Positions 46,775-59,927 of a stretch of 64,000 bases of DNA are shown one piece after another. The translations under genes and the position numbers were made by a program. Position 1 is the first letter of the stretch, and every line of letters begins with the position of its first letter. Origin of the DNA: Eledone cirrhosa (taxonomy: Eukaryota); the NCBI GenBank assembly GCA_964016885.1, contig OZ024752.1, forward strand, positions 10,788,001 to 10,852,000, in the 5' to 3' direction. Below the pieces are notes generated by a model. The model searched no databases. It was not told the origin of the DNA and saw nothing but the letters and a program-made list of their open reading frames with translations.

Positions 46775-48650
46775 ATTTATTAAAATAACAGATTAAAGTT
46801 TAAGCAAAGAATCGCTGCTTTCACCCTTAACGGGATCTTCTGAAACTAACAAAGTCAATCTGTAAACGCAGAACTGGATATTTCAAAAAACGTTGCAACC
46901 GGAGGAAGACAGGAAGACGATACTTTCGTTCGTGGAAACGTTCGCTGGCAAAGAACGGGAAAAAACGAATATAATACGTCATTAATAGGAGCGGTGAAAA
47001 CAGTTACGCGCAAAGACAGAACCACGTTTATGGTATAAAAGAGGTCGTAGACTAATGTTCTCTTAGGTGCTGCATAGAGACGTTCTGTGGCAATGAACGA
47101 AAAAACGAAGATAATAAGTCATATGTGGAGCGTGGAGAACAATAGCACGCAAAGACAAAACCACGTAAATGGTATAGCAGAAGTCGTAGACTAAATTCTA
47201 ACTAGGAGACCGAAGGAATCTCCGCTACGGAGTTAAGAACAAAGTAAATAAATACAATACAGAAGTAATAGAAATAAATAAATACATACACGCAAACAGA
47301 TACGTACATACACAAGCATACGCAAAAACTTACCATAGGTAAACAAAACCACGCACATATAAATATGTGTGTGTGTGTAAGCGTGTATACAAATAAATAA
47401 ATAATTATATAAACGTATATAAATAAATAAATACGTATATAACTAGCGCACACACATACCTACATGTAAATACACGAATGTTCGGAGACGTAAGTCAACC
47501 AAAACATGAAGTACACATATACACACGCCCTACATACGTACGAACCTGCATACTCACAGAGACGCAAAACTCCCGTATACACATAGCCGAACCATATGTA
47601 CCAGAATATATAAACAAATGTATACGCCATAACAATCAAATATACGTACGAGAAGGTATACGTACCTTCACAAAACATACGGATAATATATACTTACCTA
47701 TGCAAATAAGTAAAGGTATAAACAAAACATATACTTAGCTCCCACATCGAGACGTAAAATATCCACGTATAGATCGTACTATCCGTTAGGGTATAACGTG
47801 GGGCTGTAATACAGGAAAGTTTTGTGCAATTTATGTTTACAAGCCGAAATTGCCTCAGATTTTTTGTTTAAGATGTGGTCTGTGGCGTAGAGTATTTCCA
47901 GGGCCTCAGCGGCGCAGAGGTCACATGGTCTTTTATTTCCGTTATTCGATCTAGCCCTCGCTAGGATCTCCCAGTGTAACTTATATTGGGTGTGGTTGTA
48001 TTTAGACTCCAGATATAAGCTGAAAGTGACGTCATATTCCTTCTTAGAGGGTAACGAAAAGAATGGGTATGCATGTAAAGACGCTGCTTGAATCTATTGG
48101 CGGTTAACCCTATGTAGGCCCTACGGGACGTGGGTGTTACAACCTTACATTTGTATACAATGTTACTAGAGAGGCATTTCCAGATTCCTACAATTACAGT
48201 TAGTACTAACTACAGGGTTGCACGTGTTCCTACGGCTAGGTAGTTTAGCTAAATTTGAAGCTGTGATGTTATGTGCAAGGTTAGGAGTCGTAGAGTAAGA
48301 AATTTTAATAGTATTTCTATTAAAAATTTTACTATATTTATGTGTAGGGGGAAAATGCTTCGTAATAAGGGAAAGAAAGATCTTAGCTAATGGTGTGGCC
48401 ACCTCCATATTATATGGTGGGTTATACCAACAAATGCGACGGGATCTATTTCTTCTAGGTCTATTTTCGTACTCTGTATATGCTACCTTATAGACAAATC
48501 CACTTCGAGCAAGAGCTTCATTGTAATAAGTGGAATGGTCGTTGAAAATACGCTCGTTGGTGGAAAGACGGGAAAGCCACAACGAAACGTTTCTTATCAG
48601 GTTCTTGGTTATGCTGGCAGGATGGTTGGAATGCTTACTTATGTAATTAA
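46775..48650 (-). mobile_element. 5'-truncated Penelope-like element (PLE family 3), frameshifted, with long 3' UTR/pLTR
   Basis: SKHSNHP, WYNPPY, KHFP, KIFNRNTIKISYS (48166-48660), then frameshifted CLSSNIVYKC...AYIGLTANRFKQRLYMH...CDLC..E...LNKKSE.IS.CKH to about 47810; 140-bp tandem duplication at 46960-47200; HHR-like CAGAAGA TCCC/GGGT GAAA at 46808-46846. Confidence 0.88.
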
Positions 48651-48708
48651 GCACTCTCAACAGTTACTGGAGTAAATATTCCAATATATTAATAAATATA
48701 TTAATATA

Positions 48709-48753
<45 letters not shown>

Positions 48754-48816
48754 TATTATTATTATTATTTATATATATACAGTATATATATACAGTATAT
48801 ATATATTTATATATAT

Positions 48817-48995
48817 AACGAAGGAAATGTGGTAAGGAAGCAGGTGGACCATAACGCACCAAAGTACTCAATACTTAGGGTAGTAGAGTGGGTAAAGGGA
48901 ACAAATAAGACCCCGACGGCTGAGCTCAAGCCGTTTCGACGGAATTAGCCGTCGAAACGGCTTGAGCTCAGCCGTCGGGGTCTTATTTGTTCCTA
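48817..48995 (-). mobile_element. Family X fold-back
   Basis: TTTCGACGG AATTAG CCGTCGAAA centre. Confidence 0.88.
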
Positions 48996-49236
48996 TTTAT
49001 ATATATATATATATATAAACTGTATATATATACTGTATATATATAAATAATAATATATGTATATATATATATATATATATATTAATATATTTATTAATAT
49101 ATTGGAATATTTACTCCAGTAACTGTTGAGTGCTCTATATTAGTTATAAACATTTATGTTTGTTGGAATCCCAACAAATTAAATATAACTTCTACATATA
49201 TATATAAGATCAAAAGATGGTTAAAAGAGTTCCAAG

Positions 49237-49307
49237 TATTTTATTATGCGCATTTCAAAAACAAATATCATCATGAGCTGACATTTGCGTTTTCGTCAGA
49301 TAAAATA
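49237..49307 (-). ncRNA. Type-I hammerhead ribozyme
   Basis: Reverse strand reads TATTTTAT CTGACGA AAACGCAAATGTC AGCTCATGAT GATATTTGTTTTT GAAA TGCGCA TA ATAAAATA; 8-bp stem I. Confidence 0.85.
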
Positions 49308-49454
49308 GGGATACATGATATGAAGGTTAAAAAACATTTGTGAATAGTGAAGTTTTAAATCAACATATAGGGTGCTACTTTCCTATATCAACTGGAGAGT
49401 GCTACTTATCGGATATTTGCATTGCTTTATTCTACTACAATAAAACTCCCCTCC

Positions 49455-50273
<819 letters not shown>

Positions 50274-50391
50274 TATTTATTAATATATTGTAATATTTAA
50301 TCCAGTAAGCTGTTGAGTGCTCTATATCAGTTATAAACATTTATGTTTGTTGGAATCCCAACAAATTAAATATAATTTCTACATATATATA

Positions 50392-50422
<31 letters not shown>

Positions 50423-50424
<2 letters not shown>

Positions 50425-50546
50425 CGAAGGAAATGTGGTAAGGAACCAGATGGACCATAACGCACCAAAGTACTCAATACTTAGGGTAGTAGAGTGGGTA
50501 ATAGGAACGAGTAGGACCACGAGTTGGGGTCCTACTCGTTCCTATA
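50423..50546 (-). mobile_element. Family X with a short fold-back
   Basis: ATAGGAACGAGTAGGACC pairs with GGTCCTACTCGTTCCTAT. Confidence 0.8.
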
Positions 50547-50596
50547 TATGCGGAGGGTCATATTGTTGTAATAATATTGTGTGTGTGCGTGTGTAT

Positions 50597-50790
50597 GAAG
50601 GCGAGTAGCTGAGTGGTTAGAGAATTGCATTCGCAATCTTGAGATTGTGAGTTCAATTCCTTGTGGTGCTGGTGCGTTATGTCTTTGAGCAAGACACTTT
50701 ATTTCACGTTGCTCTTTCTACCTGGAGTTGCGAGTGATAGAATATATTAGCAATTGGAAACATTGTTTCCTCGGTGCGGTTTGACAAAAA
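50597..50790 (+). mobile_element. SINE S2
   Basis: TAGCTGAGTGG, GAGTTCAATTCC, TGTCTTTGAGCAAGACACTTTATTTCAC. Confidence 0.8.
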
Positions 50791-50794
50791 GGTG

Positions 50795-51112
50795 ACATAT
50801 GATGGCTGCAAACTCGTCTTCGAGCATTGCCATCGCCTGATAAAATGCTAAAGAATGTGACGCACTAATGTGGCTCTTTAAACCAGCCAAAGAGTTACAC
50901 CCTCTGGCACATATTTGGCAACTGAACGCTCCTCCGGGACTTTCCATTGCCTTGTTCTGGCTGTGTGTTATCATGTGTCTTTTAAGCCCTCCCATGCTAA
51001 CACAATCCTTGCCACATTCCTTACACCTTTTCAGATCATAACCTACACGAGGTCTACTGATATGACTTTGTTCCTGTCTATTCAAACCATCTTTAGTCAG
51101 GAAGATGGTATC
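50795..51112 (-). pseudogene. 3' end of an RTE-like LINE with two C2H2 zinc fingers
   Basis: CKECGKDCVSMGGLKRHMITH and CQICARGCNSLAGLKSH, followed by a short RTE-type tail with a CTCG/CGAG hairpin; bounded by (CA)n, no splice context. Confidence 0.6.
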
Positions 51113-51135
51113 ACACACACACACACACACACACA

Positions 51136-51209
<74 letters not shown>

Positions 51210-51320
51210 TAAATGGAAAACCAGATGTCTACATGAATGGACCTGTTATTTTCATATAAAGACATTTCTTCAAATTCCAACCCGCCCGTCCCCTCAATCT
51301 ATCTTATTTCCCATTCTTTC

Positions 51321-51353
51321 TTCTGATGAAGGACTAGCGTCCGAAACGTTAAA
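51321..51353 (+). ncRNA. Minimal hammerhead ribozyme
   Basis: TT CTGATGA A GGAC TAGC GTCC GAAA CG TT AA; stem I is short. Confidence 0.7.
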
Positions 51354-51438
51354 ACCCTCTTCCTCCTATTTAAAGCGTTAAGCTAATATATCCCTTCCAA
51401 ATACTGTACCGATTGTGTTGTTATTTATGTTTACCTTT

Positions 51439-51492
<54 letters not shown>

Positions 51493-51497
<5 letters not shown>

Positions 51498-51672
51498 CTT
51501 CTACAGGACTAGAACTATTTCATTAGGGAGAAATCATCAGAAATGGGCTTCCTGATGATTTCTCCCGAATGAAAAACCTCTAGTCTTGTAGAAGCCATTT
51601 TTATATTAAATATTTATTCTCTGCTTTGTATTGAGTACCTTACATAATATGTTAACCCCGATTGAACCCAAG

Positions 51673-51678
<6 letters not shown>
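51493..51678 (+). mobile_element. Fold-back element (arms 51493-51600) with an HHR-like core in each arm; related fragment at 46549-46600
   Basis: GGGAGAAATCATCAG pairs with CTGATGATTTCTCCC; GGCTTCTACA.GACTAGA pairs with TCTAGTC.TGTAGAAGCC. Confidence 0.75.
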
Positions 51679-51716
<38 letters not shown>

Positions 51717-51797
51717 CTCCAGTCCTATAAACTGTTGAGTGGTACTTATCTGATGTTCGCATTGCTTTATTGTGCTACAATAAAACTCACCTCCTAC

Positions 51798-51857
<60 letters not shown>

Positions 51858-52369
51858 GTTAAGGCAAAGAATATTAACTACGAAATATTTGAATAGCATG
51901 GAATATCTAACGCCATCAGATTGAAAAGAGAGTGAACAAGATCGCTGGTAGCTATTGAACTGCGACACTGTCATATCCCGGAAGGAATTGCTACTAATAC
52001 CTTAATGGGGATGCTGTCACTTCTTCCCCTTTACTTAAAGCTAATATCTCTCAGCTAGAATGTTACAATGTAAATAATAGAAAGTTAATATCCGTGAATT
52101 ATTCAGCTATTTTATAGTTAAAAGAATTACACAAATATTCTCCTATATTTTAATCTTACTACAGGCTACTTTACCATTTTCCACACACACACACATACAC
52201 ACACACACATACATGCGCGCGCACTTTATATATATAGAGAGACAGAGAGAAAGAGAAAGAGAGAAAGAGAGTGAGAGATTTAGAGAAAGAGAGAATGAGA
52301 GAGAAAGAGAGTGACCGAAGTTGAATTTTTGGTTTTGAAGCGTTGAGAATATATATATATAGAGAGAGA

Positions 52370-52455
52370 GATATAAATGTAAGTATGTATGTATGTATAC
52401 GTACATACATATATGTATACAGACGTACAGTAGTATGTATATATATACATACACG

Positions 52456-52486
<31 letters not shown>

Positions 52487-53098
52487 GCACGTATCGGTTT
52501 ACCGAACATTTATTATAATGCTCGGTTTGTTTGTTTGTAAACAAACAAAGAGCCCGAATTACGCCGTACAGCGTTTAGGCAACCACCTCACCTTTTTGTT
52601 CAACACTGACACAGTAACGATGTACTAGTTTCAAACTTATTAGCTATCGTCAGCATCGTATACCTTCCTGCCAGATGGTTCAACGTATGAAAGTATATAC
52701 TTTCCTTATGCATATTAACGACTGAGCAGCCTAATTTGCATATAGAGTGAGTTCAGTCGGCCGGGCACACAGAAAACGATAAATGGAATAGAATGAAACG
52801 AAATTTCATTTTTCACTCTTAGTACGGCACTTACGTTAATGTAAGTATGTATGTATGTATACGTACATGTATACAGACGTACAGTAGTATGTATATATAT
52901 ACATACATGCACACATATATATATGCACGTATCAATTTACCGAACATTTATTATAATGGTCGGTTTGTTTGTAAACTAACAAACAGCCCGAATTAAGTCT
53001 GTATACATATATGTATGTACGTATACATACATACATACTTACATTTAAGTAAGTGCCGTACTAAGAGTGAGAAATAAAATTTCGTTTCATTCTATTCC

Positions 53099-53100
<2 letters not shown>
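52370..53100 (-). mobile_element. Family Y: full copy, partial tandem copy and inverted segment
   Basis: 52380-52560 repeated at 52840-52995; 52787-52865 inverted at 53015-53100. Confidence 0.8.
52617..52659 (-). ncRNA. Minimal type-I hammerhead ribozyme (family Y)
   Basis: Reverse strand reads ACGATG CTGACGA TAGCTAATAAGTTT GAAA CTAG TA CATCGT. Confidence 0.82.
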
Positions 53101-53149
<49 letters not shown>

Positions 53150-53285
53150 TATAAATATGGTGTGTGTGTGTCTGATGATAACAAAGATGCTTCCATAGGC
53201 GGTATGCCGGTTGAGCACTATGTATATATACACAGACAATATATATATACATACACACAATATATATGTATACATACACACACTG

Positions 53286-53337
<52 letters not shown>

Positions 53338-53339
53338 TC

Positions 53340-54326
53340 AGAGTATTTCCAGGGCTTCAGCGGCGCAGAGGTCACATGCTCTTTTATTTCCGTTATACAA
53401 TCTAGCTTTAGCTAGGATCTCCCAGTGTAACTTATATTGGGTGTGGTTGTCTTTTCGACTCCAGACATAAGCTGAAAGTTACGTTATACTCCTTCTTAAA
53501 GGGTTAAGAAAAGAATGGGTATGCATGTAAGACGCTGCTTGAATCTATTGACGGCTAACTCTACGCAGGCCCCACGGGACGCGGATGCCCCAACCGCACA
53601 CCTTCAGACGAAACCACTAGAGAGGCATCCCCGGATAGGGGGCAGTCAACCCGACTCCTTCAAATACATGCAGCACCAGCTACGGTGCTGCACGTGCTCC
53701 CACGGCTAGGTAATTTAGCCAAATTTGAAGCTGTGATGTTATGTGCAATGTTAGGAGTCGTAGAGTAAGAAATTTCAATGGTATTTCCATTCAAAATTTC
53801 ACCACATTTATGTGCTGGGGGAAATGCTTCACAATAAGGGAGAGAAAGATCTTATCCAATGGTGCATCCACCTTCATACCATATGGTGGGTTATACCATA
53901 CGATGCGTCGGGATCCCTTCCTCCAGGTCTATTCTCATAAAAGACAACCACACCCAATATAAGTTAAACTGGGAGATCCTAGTTTAGGCTAGATTGTATA
54001 ACGGAAATAAAAAGCCATGTGACTTCTGCACCGCTGAAGCCCTGGAAATACTCTACGCCAAAGACCAGATCTTAATCAAAAAATTTGAGGCAATTTCGGC
54101 TTGAAAACATAAATTGCACAAAACTTTGCATATTATACCAGAACAGATAGTACGAACTATACGCGGATATTTTACGTCTTGATGTGGTAGCTAAGTATAT
54201 GTTATGTTTATACCATTACTTATTTGTATAGTTAAGTATATATTACCTGTAAGTTTTGTGAAGGGAACGTTTCCACGAACCAAAGTTTCGTCTTCTTGTC
54301 TTTCTTTTGGATTTTAGTCTTCAAAT
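53340..54326. mobile_element. Second PLE family 3 copy: minus-strand EN segment (53340-53940) joined head-to-head to a plus-strand 3' segment (53941-54326)
   Basis: 53340-53935 is homologous to 47890-48470; 53941-54300 is the reverse complement of 47665-48000 joined to 46905-46940. Confidence 0.88.
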
Positions 54327-54356
54327 TTATTATTATTACTATTTCTATAGAACTAT

Positions 54357-54545
54357 GGGTGGTGAATTGGCAGTATCGGTAGAGGGTTGGATGCCGTGTT
54401 TTCTAGCATAGTTACGTCCCTTTACGGTCTGAGTTCAAATCCCGCCGAGGTTAACTTTGCCTTTCATCCTTACGAGGTCGATAAAATAAAGTACCAGTAA
54501 TGTACTGGGTAATTGCTGGCCTTGTGCCTAAAGTAGAAACAATTA
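54357..54545 (+). mobile_element. SINE S1, full length, 19-bp TSD
   Basis: TGGCAGTATCGG and GAGTTCAAATCC boxes; ATTACTATTTCTATAGAAC at 54335 and 54542. Confidence 0.92.
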
Positions 54546-54815
54546 CTATTTCTATAGAACCATCTGTGCAAAGGAATGAGCTAGTATTCTGTGGGCACTT
54601 GCTGCTACTTATTGCACCAGAGAGCAGCGGCCACATATAAAATCTATGTTCTTAGTTCTTACCTGTGACCCCACTACATCTTTTATGCACCCATACTTTG
54701 CATTTGGGACATAAAATGGAGTTTCTGCTTACTCCTTTCCTACACACTGTGCATGGCCATTTCCCAGGTGGGACCGGTGCCCTATTTTCCTTCCTACAAA
54801 CTAGAACTTTAGTCT
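54546..54815 (-). pseudogene. RTE-X-like LINE fragment with a PHD-type finger after the RT
   Basis: KTKVLV...GKWPCTVCRKGVSRNSILCPKCKVWVHKRCSG...FICGRC...GSIEIV (frameshifted). Confidence 0.75.
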
Positions 54816-54889
54816 TATATATATATATATAGAGATAGATATTTATATATATATAAAATATAAAGATGTACATATACATAAAGCCTCGA

Positions 54890-55787
54890 TAGAGTATTTA
54901 TCCAACATTTCAACAGCATGTAGAAACTGACTAAATATACCGCCAACCATACACAATTAGGTGTCACCGCGAAGAGGCCGCTTTCGGTTATCTGTCGGAA
55001 ATTTCTTCACAGGAGCCTTTATTCTTATAGCTTGGTCTAATTGATTTTTTATATGGTTAATTATGCTAATTGGGAGAGGAAATGATATATATTTTATCTA
55101 ATAATTCTAAGGACATGATTTATGATATATTGCTCTGATTATTTAATTTATTAATTCTTCATTGAGCCACAACGTGACCGGTTGCAAAACATATATATCT
55201 ATGACTTTATGTATATGTAAATCTTTATATTTAATAATCTCCCGTTAGGTTGAGATACAATTGGGCGATATTGGGCTGCGCTTTCTAGCAACAAGCCTAC
55301 CCGCCGTAAGCAACTAATCTCATTCTTTCTAACTTGACCACTGCCACGTCACGATTCTTAGCCATTTTTTAATCTATTTTTGGCGCGATCAATTTGGAAA
55401 ATTAAATGTCTAATTTTGAGTTTACTCCTGATAAGTCCAATACTCTGGATATTTCCTGTTAATAGGATGTTTAAAAATACGGACGAAACCATGGTAGAGA
55501 TATAATTACGGTATGTACACATTTCTTCTAAGTTTGAATTTACACCTAATTGTGTATGGTTGGCGGTATATTTAGTCAGTTTCTACATGCTGTTGAAATG
55601 TTGGATAAATACTCTTTCGGAGCCACCGCGAAGAGGCCGCTTTCGGTTATTTGTCGGAAACTTCTTCATAGGAGCCTTTAATCTTATAGCTTGGTCTAAT
55701 TGATTTTTTATATGGTTAATTATGCTAATTAGGAGAGGAAATGGTATATATTTTATCTAATAATTCTAAGGACATGATTTATGATAT
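54890..55787 (+). mobile_element. HHR-bearing unit of about 660 bp with a 165-bp terminal direct repeat and a 5' inverted segment
   Basis: 54965-55128 is repeated at 55624-55787; 54892-54964 is the reverse complement of 55542-55615. Confidence 0.82.
55425..55499 (+). ncRNA. Hammerhead with G8A change and long stem II insert
   Basis: CTC CTGATAA GTCC ... GGAC GAAA CCATGG TA GAG. Confidence 0.7.
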
Positions 55788-55850
55788 ATATATATATATT
55801 TGTTTCGCAAGGTTTTTGATATGAAATCGTGTGTCGAAACAAATATTGTA

Positions 55851-55889
<39 letters not shown>

Positions 55890-56403
55890 CTTTATTATGT
55901 ATTTTTCTTTCTATTCATTTCTATTCGTGCCAAATCATCAGGCGAACTTGTGGAAATTGAATAAATCATTACTGCAATTGGCTACACATCACTCATTAGC
56001 GGTAACCTTATATTCTAATATTAATATAGTTGAGTAAGAGTTTATGCTCTGGTACGCGACATTGCCAAATATAATCGTTAGTGTAGATAAAGTCGCGTAT
56101 ATAGTCGCGTAACAATAGGAGGGAATCTCACATATCTATGTCAAAAGTATCCCGTTGTACACAGTATGTTGGTAGCTTCTGTTGTTTCCGCTCAGTTAAA
56201 TCATCTCTTTGATCAAAGGTAATCTAGTCAGAAAATTTCAGATATATATCTTGGAATATTAACAGAATTTTCCAGCAAGTGCAGATCACGAATACTCAGG
56301 GAAATTTTTGATGGATAGATTTTAGCAAATGCCAGCATATTTTGCAATTATCTAAACATCACATCCTTGGTATAGCGTTTAAATTATTTAGCTAAGACTA
56401 GTA

Positions 56404-56839
56404 TCTACTAATATACAAATGTTTCTAGATTTTGTCACAAGGCAAGCAATTATCCCAGTACATTACTTGTACTTTATTTTATCGACCCCGTAAGTATGAA
56501 AGAAAAAGTTAACTTCGGTAGGATTTGAACTGAGACCGCAAAGGGGCGTAAATATACTGCATAACATGGTGTCTGACCCTCTAGCGATACTGCCAATCCA
56601 CTTCCTATAATGCCCTTGTGTTTTTGTCCGTCACGCAAAGGGAGGTAACTCAACAATGTTTCAGCATTTAATATAAATACATACATAATCATAAACATAT
56701 ACATTTAACGAAATACTGATTACATTGAAACACATCTATGTGATGAGTGTGGAAGGAAGGCGGCTGTGACAAACTATAGAAAACAGAACAGAGTTCGTTA
56801 CACCAGTGTTACTCATACATATAAATATATACATATGCA

Positions 56840-56913
<74 letters not shown>

Positions 56914-57228
56914 CATGTAATAAATATTTTCTCAGTCAGTTTATGTGTATGTTTGTGTAGATGTGTATACACGTAATACTTATGTTTATCTAGCGTTCTT
57001 AGAGTGGCTAGACTTTTGTGAGTGCATGTGTGTCTGAGTGCCTGTGTATGGGTGTATCTGTTTGTATCTATATGTGTGTGTGTGTGGATGTGTTGTCCAA
57101 GGAGCCAAGTCCCTAGCAATATTGAAATAAGTTAGAATTATCAAGAATATAGAACGACCCCAGTTGAAATGTATATAAAATACACATCTACCATTTAGCC
57201 GTCGTTTCTGACGGCACGGGGCCAGCTA
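56404..57228 (+). mobile_element. Probable non-autonomous Helitron with an S1 SINE nested near its 5' end
   Basis: 3' hairpin GCCGTC GTTTCT GACGGC then CTAG|T at 57225-57229; the candidate A|TC 5' end at 56404 is tentative. Confidence 0.55.
56420..56607 (-). mobile_element. SINE S1
   Basis: Reverse-complement S1 body and boxes. Confidence 0.85.
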
Positions 57229-57241
57229 GTTTAATATATAA

Positions 57242-57460
57242 TAGTTTCTTATATAGGCACAAGACCAGAAATTCTGGGAGAGGGGGGCCAGTCGATTAAA
57301 TCGACCCCAGTACGTTACTGGTACTTTATTTTATCGACCCCGTAAGGATGAAAGGCGAAGTTAACCTCGGCGGGATTTGAACTCAGACTGTAAAGGGACG
57401 TAACTATGCTAGAAAGCATGGCGTCCAACCCTCTAGCGATACTGCCAATTCACCGCCCTA
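57242..57460 (-). mobile_element. SINE S1, full length
   Basis: GGGATTTGAACTCAG and GATACTGCCAATTCACCGCC. Confidence 0.92.
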
Positions 57461-57559
57461 ATGATTTCATTTATTGGCCACAAGTGCCGACTTGTAGGGG
57501 ACAATACAAATAATGGGACAGTGGGGTTTACAATAAGGTCGAGTAAAAGTGCACAATGG

Positions 57560-58826
57560 CAAGACTATAATAATAACCATGCACAGAATGCATCACCCTA
57601 AGGCAGAAACAGATAGAATATATCTCTCTGGGAAAGAAGGAGGACGTGGGTTAATCCAGTTAGATATCGCTTTGAAAACTGCATCAATTGGATTATCTAC
57701 ATATCAAAGGGAATCACATGATTGGATGATCAAACTCGTTTTGAAGCACGAAAGCATCAAAAGATCATACTCCATTACAAAAGATGCACAAAGATACAAT
57801 AATGGACTACATATTTCAGAAGTTCCCTTCACTGCTAAAATGAAAAACGCCGAAAAAGCAAAGCAGGTAAAAGTAACTGCAAAGAAAGAACTGCTACAGA
57901 AACTTGCTAAGAAATGGCAAGAAAAGCCTCTGCATGGAAAACATCCAGAAAGAGCTAACAATCCTGATGTTGACAAAACGTTAACCCATCAGTGGTTGGC
58001 ATCCTAAGGACTGAAATCGGAGACTGAAGGACTGATTATATCAGCACAAGATCTTGTCTGCCAACAAAAAATTACCAAGCCAACATAATAAAAAATGGAT
58101 GCAACCCATTAGGCCGTGTATATAAAAAACATCCAATGTGCAGTCCTATAGCTCCAACCGAATACCTAAACAGGCATGACAGAGCTACACAATACATACA
58201 ATGGATAATGTGTAAGCATTTTGACCTGCTCCATCAAAAGAATTGGTGGGAGCATCAACCACCTCCCGTACTTGAAAAAGATCACATCTCAATCTTGTGG
58301 AACTTTAGCATCCAAACAGACAGAAAAATAGATGCAAATAGACCTGATATAATACTGAAGGACTTTAAAAAGAGGGTATGCCTGCTAATTGATATGTCCT
58401 TTCCAATAGACAAGAATGTATCTATAAAAACATTTGAAAAATTGAGCAAGTATAAGGACCTGGAGATAGAAATTGGAAAAATATGGAAATTGAAAACTAA
58501 AACAATATCAGTGGTTGTAGGCGCTCTAGGAATGATACCTAAGGGGTCAAATGATTAATTATCACAAATCCCAGGAAACCCGCGTATAGGAGAAATACAA
58601 AAGATAGTACTAATGGGAACTGCCCATATACTAAGGAAGATTCTGTCAACATAAGTACATCACAAGTCTAAACACCTAAAGATACATGTTTGTGTGTATG
58701 TATGTTCTTTCTTGAACATGGCGGACCTTGTTGTCTCTTGGGGTCACTGGTTGTGACTTGGTGATAACTCGTATGAACATAAAGCAAGATAAATGCAACT
58801 GTAATAATAATAATAATAATAATAAT
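57560..58826 (+). pseudogene. 5'-truncated R4/Dong-type retrotransposon ending in (TAA)n
   Basis: MHHPKAETDRIYL..KEGGRGL, WQEKPLHGK, EYLNRHD, NRPDIILKD, LIDMSFP, EKLSKYKDLEIEI..W, VVVGALG; stops and frameshifts; (TAA)8 at 58802-58826. Confidence 0.92.
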
Positions 58827-58950
58827 GCTTTCTTATATAGGCACAAGGCCAGCAATTTGGGGGAGGGGGAAGTCGAATAAATCGACCTAAGTGCGTGACT
58901 GGTACTTTATTTTATCGACCCCGTAAGGATGAAAGGCAAAGTTAACCTAA
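58827..58950 (-). mobile_element. SINE S1 3' part
   Basis: Reverse-complement S1 body. Confidence 0.85.
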
Positions 58951-58992
58951 AAGGGATTAACTCTATGCTGCAAAAGGTTTAATATATAATAA

Positions 58993-59210
58993 CTTCGCTG
59001 GATTGGATGTATCGGTAGAGAGTCGGATAACATGCTTTGCAGCATAGAGTTACGGTCCTTTACGGTCTGATTTCAAATCCCACCGAGGTTAACTTTGCAT
59101 TTCACCCTTACGGGGTCGATAAAATAAAGCACCAGTAATGTACTGGGGTCGATTAAATCGACTTTCATCTCCCCCCAAATCACTGGCCTTGTGCCTATAC
59201 TAGAAATCAA
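58993..59210 (+). mobile_element. SINE S1 with 12-bp TSD
   Basis: AATATATAATAA at 58981 and 59209. Confidence 0.88.
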
Positions 59211-59564
59211 TATATAATAAGTTGAGATCCAGTAGTACATATGTTCCTGTCTCTTTTACAATTCCTTCGTTACATTACAAGATGAGATCGTAAATTAGGA
59301 TTTTTAAATACATCTGCCATGTGTTGTTGTACATTGTGAGCCGTGTGTAGATTTACATGTTCATCGCATTAGATTTATATAAATATGACCAAACTTTAGG
59401 CGATCTCAACAATGATGTGAAAATAACAATAAATTTATAATAAACTGTTGTATATTTTATATAAGCAGATGTTATAGACCACATAGACGTATATATTTGT
59501 ATACACACATATAAGTATATATATATACGATTCTTTGTACTTACATTTATATATATAGACTTAC

Positions 59565-59628
<64 letters not shown>

Positions 59629-59737
59629 ATAATAATAAATTTGAAGACTAAAATCCAAAGAGGGCTCGATAAGGATAAATATATATCAAATATATAAGAA
59701 CCGTAGAGGAAATATTTATTAATATTAATAAATATTC

Positions 59738-59845
59738 CACTTCTGCGTTTACAGATTGACTTTGCTAGTTTCAGAAGATCCCGTTAAGGTTGAAAGCAGC
59801 GATTCTTTGCTTAAACTTTAATCTGTTATTTTAATAAATAAATAT
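59738..59845 (+). mobile_element. Solo 3' pLTR fragment of PLE family 3
   Basis: Reverse complement of 46775-46872, including CAGAAGATCCCGTTAAGGTTGAAA. Confidence 0.85.
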
Positions 59846-59869
59846 ATATATATATATATATAGACTTAC

Positions 59870-59927
<58 letters not shown>

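Noticed and set aside
50747-51172. Host C2H2 zinc-finger gene
   Set aside because: Only two fingers, no TGEKP linkers, begins in a (GT)n repeat and ends like an RTE 3' tail.
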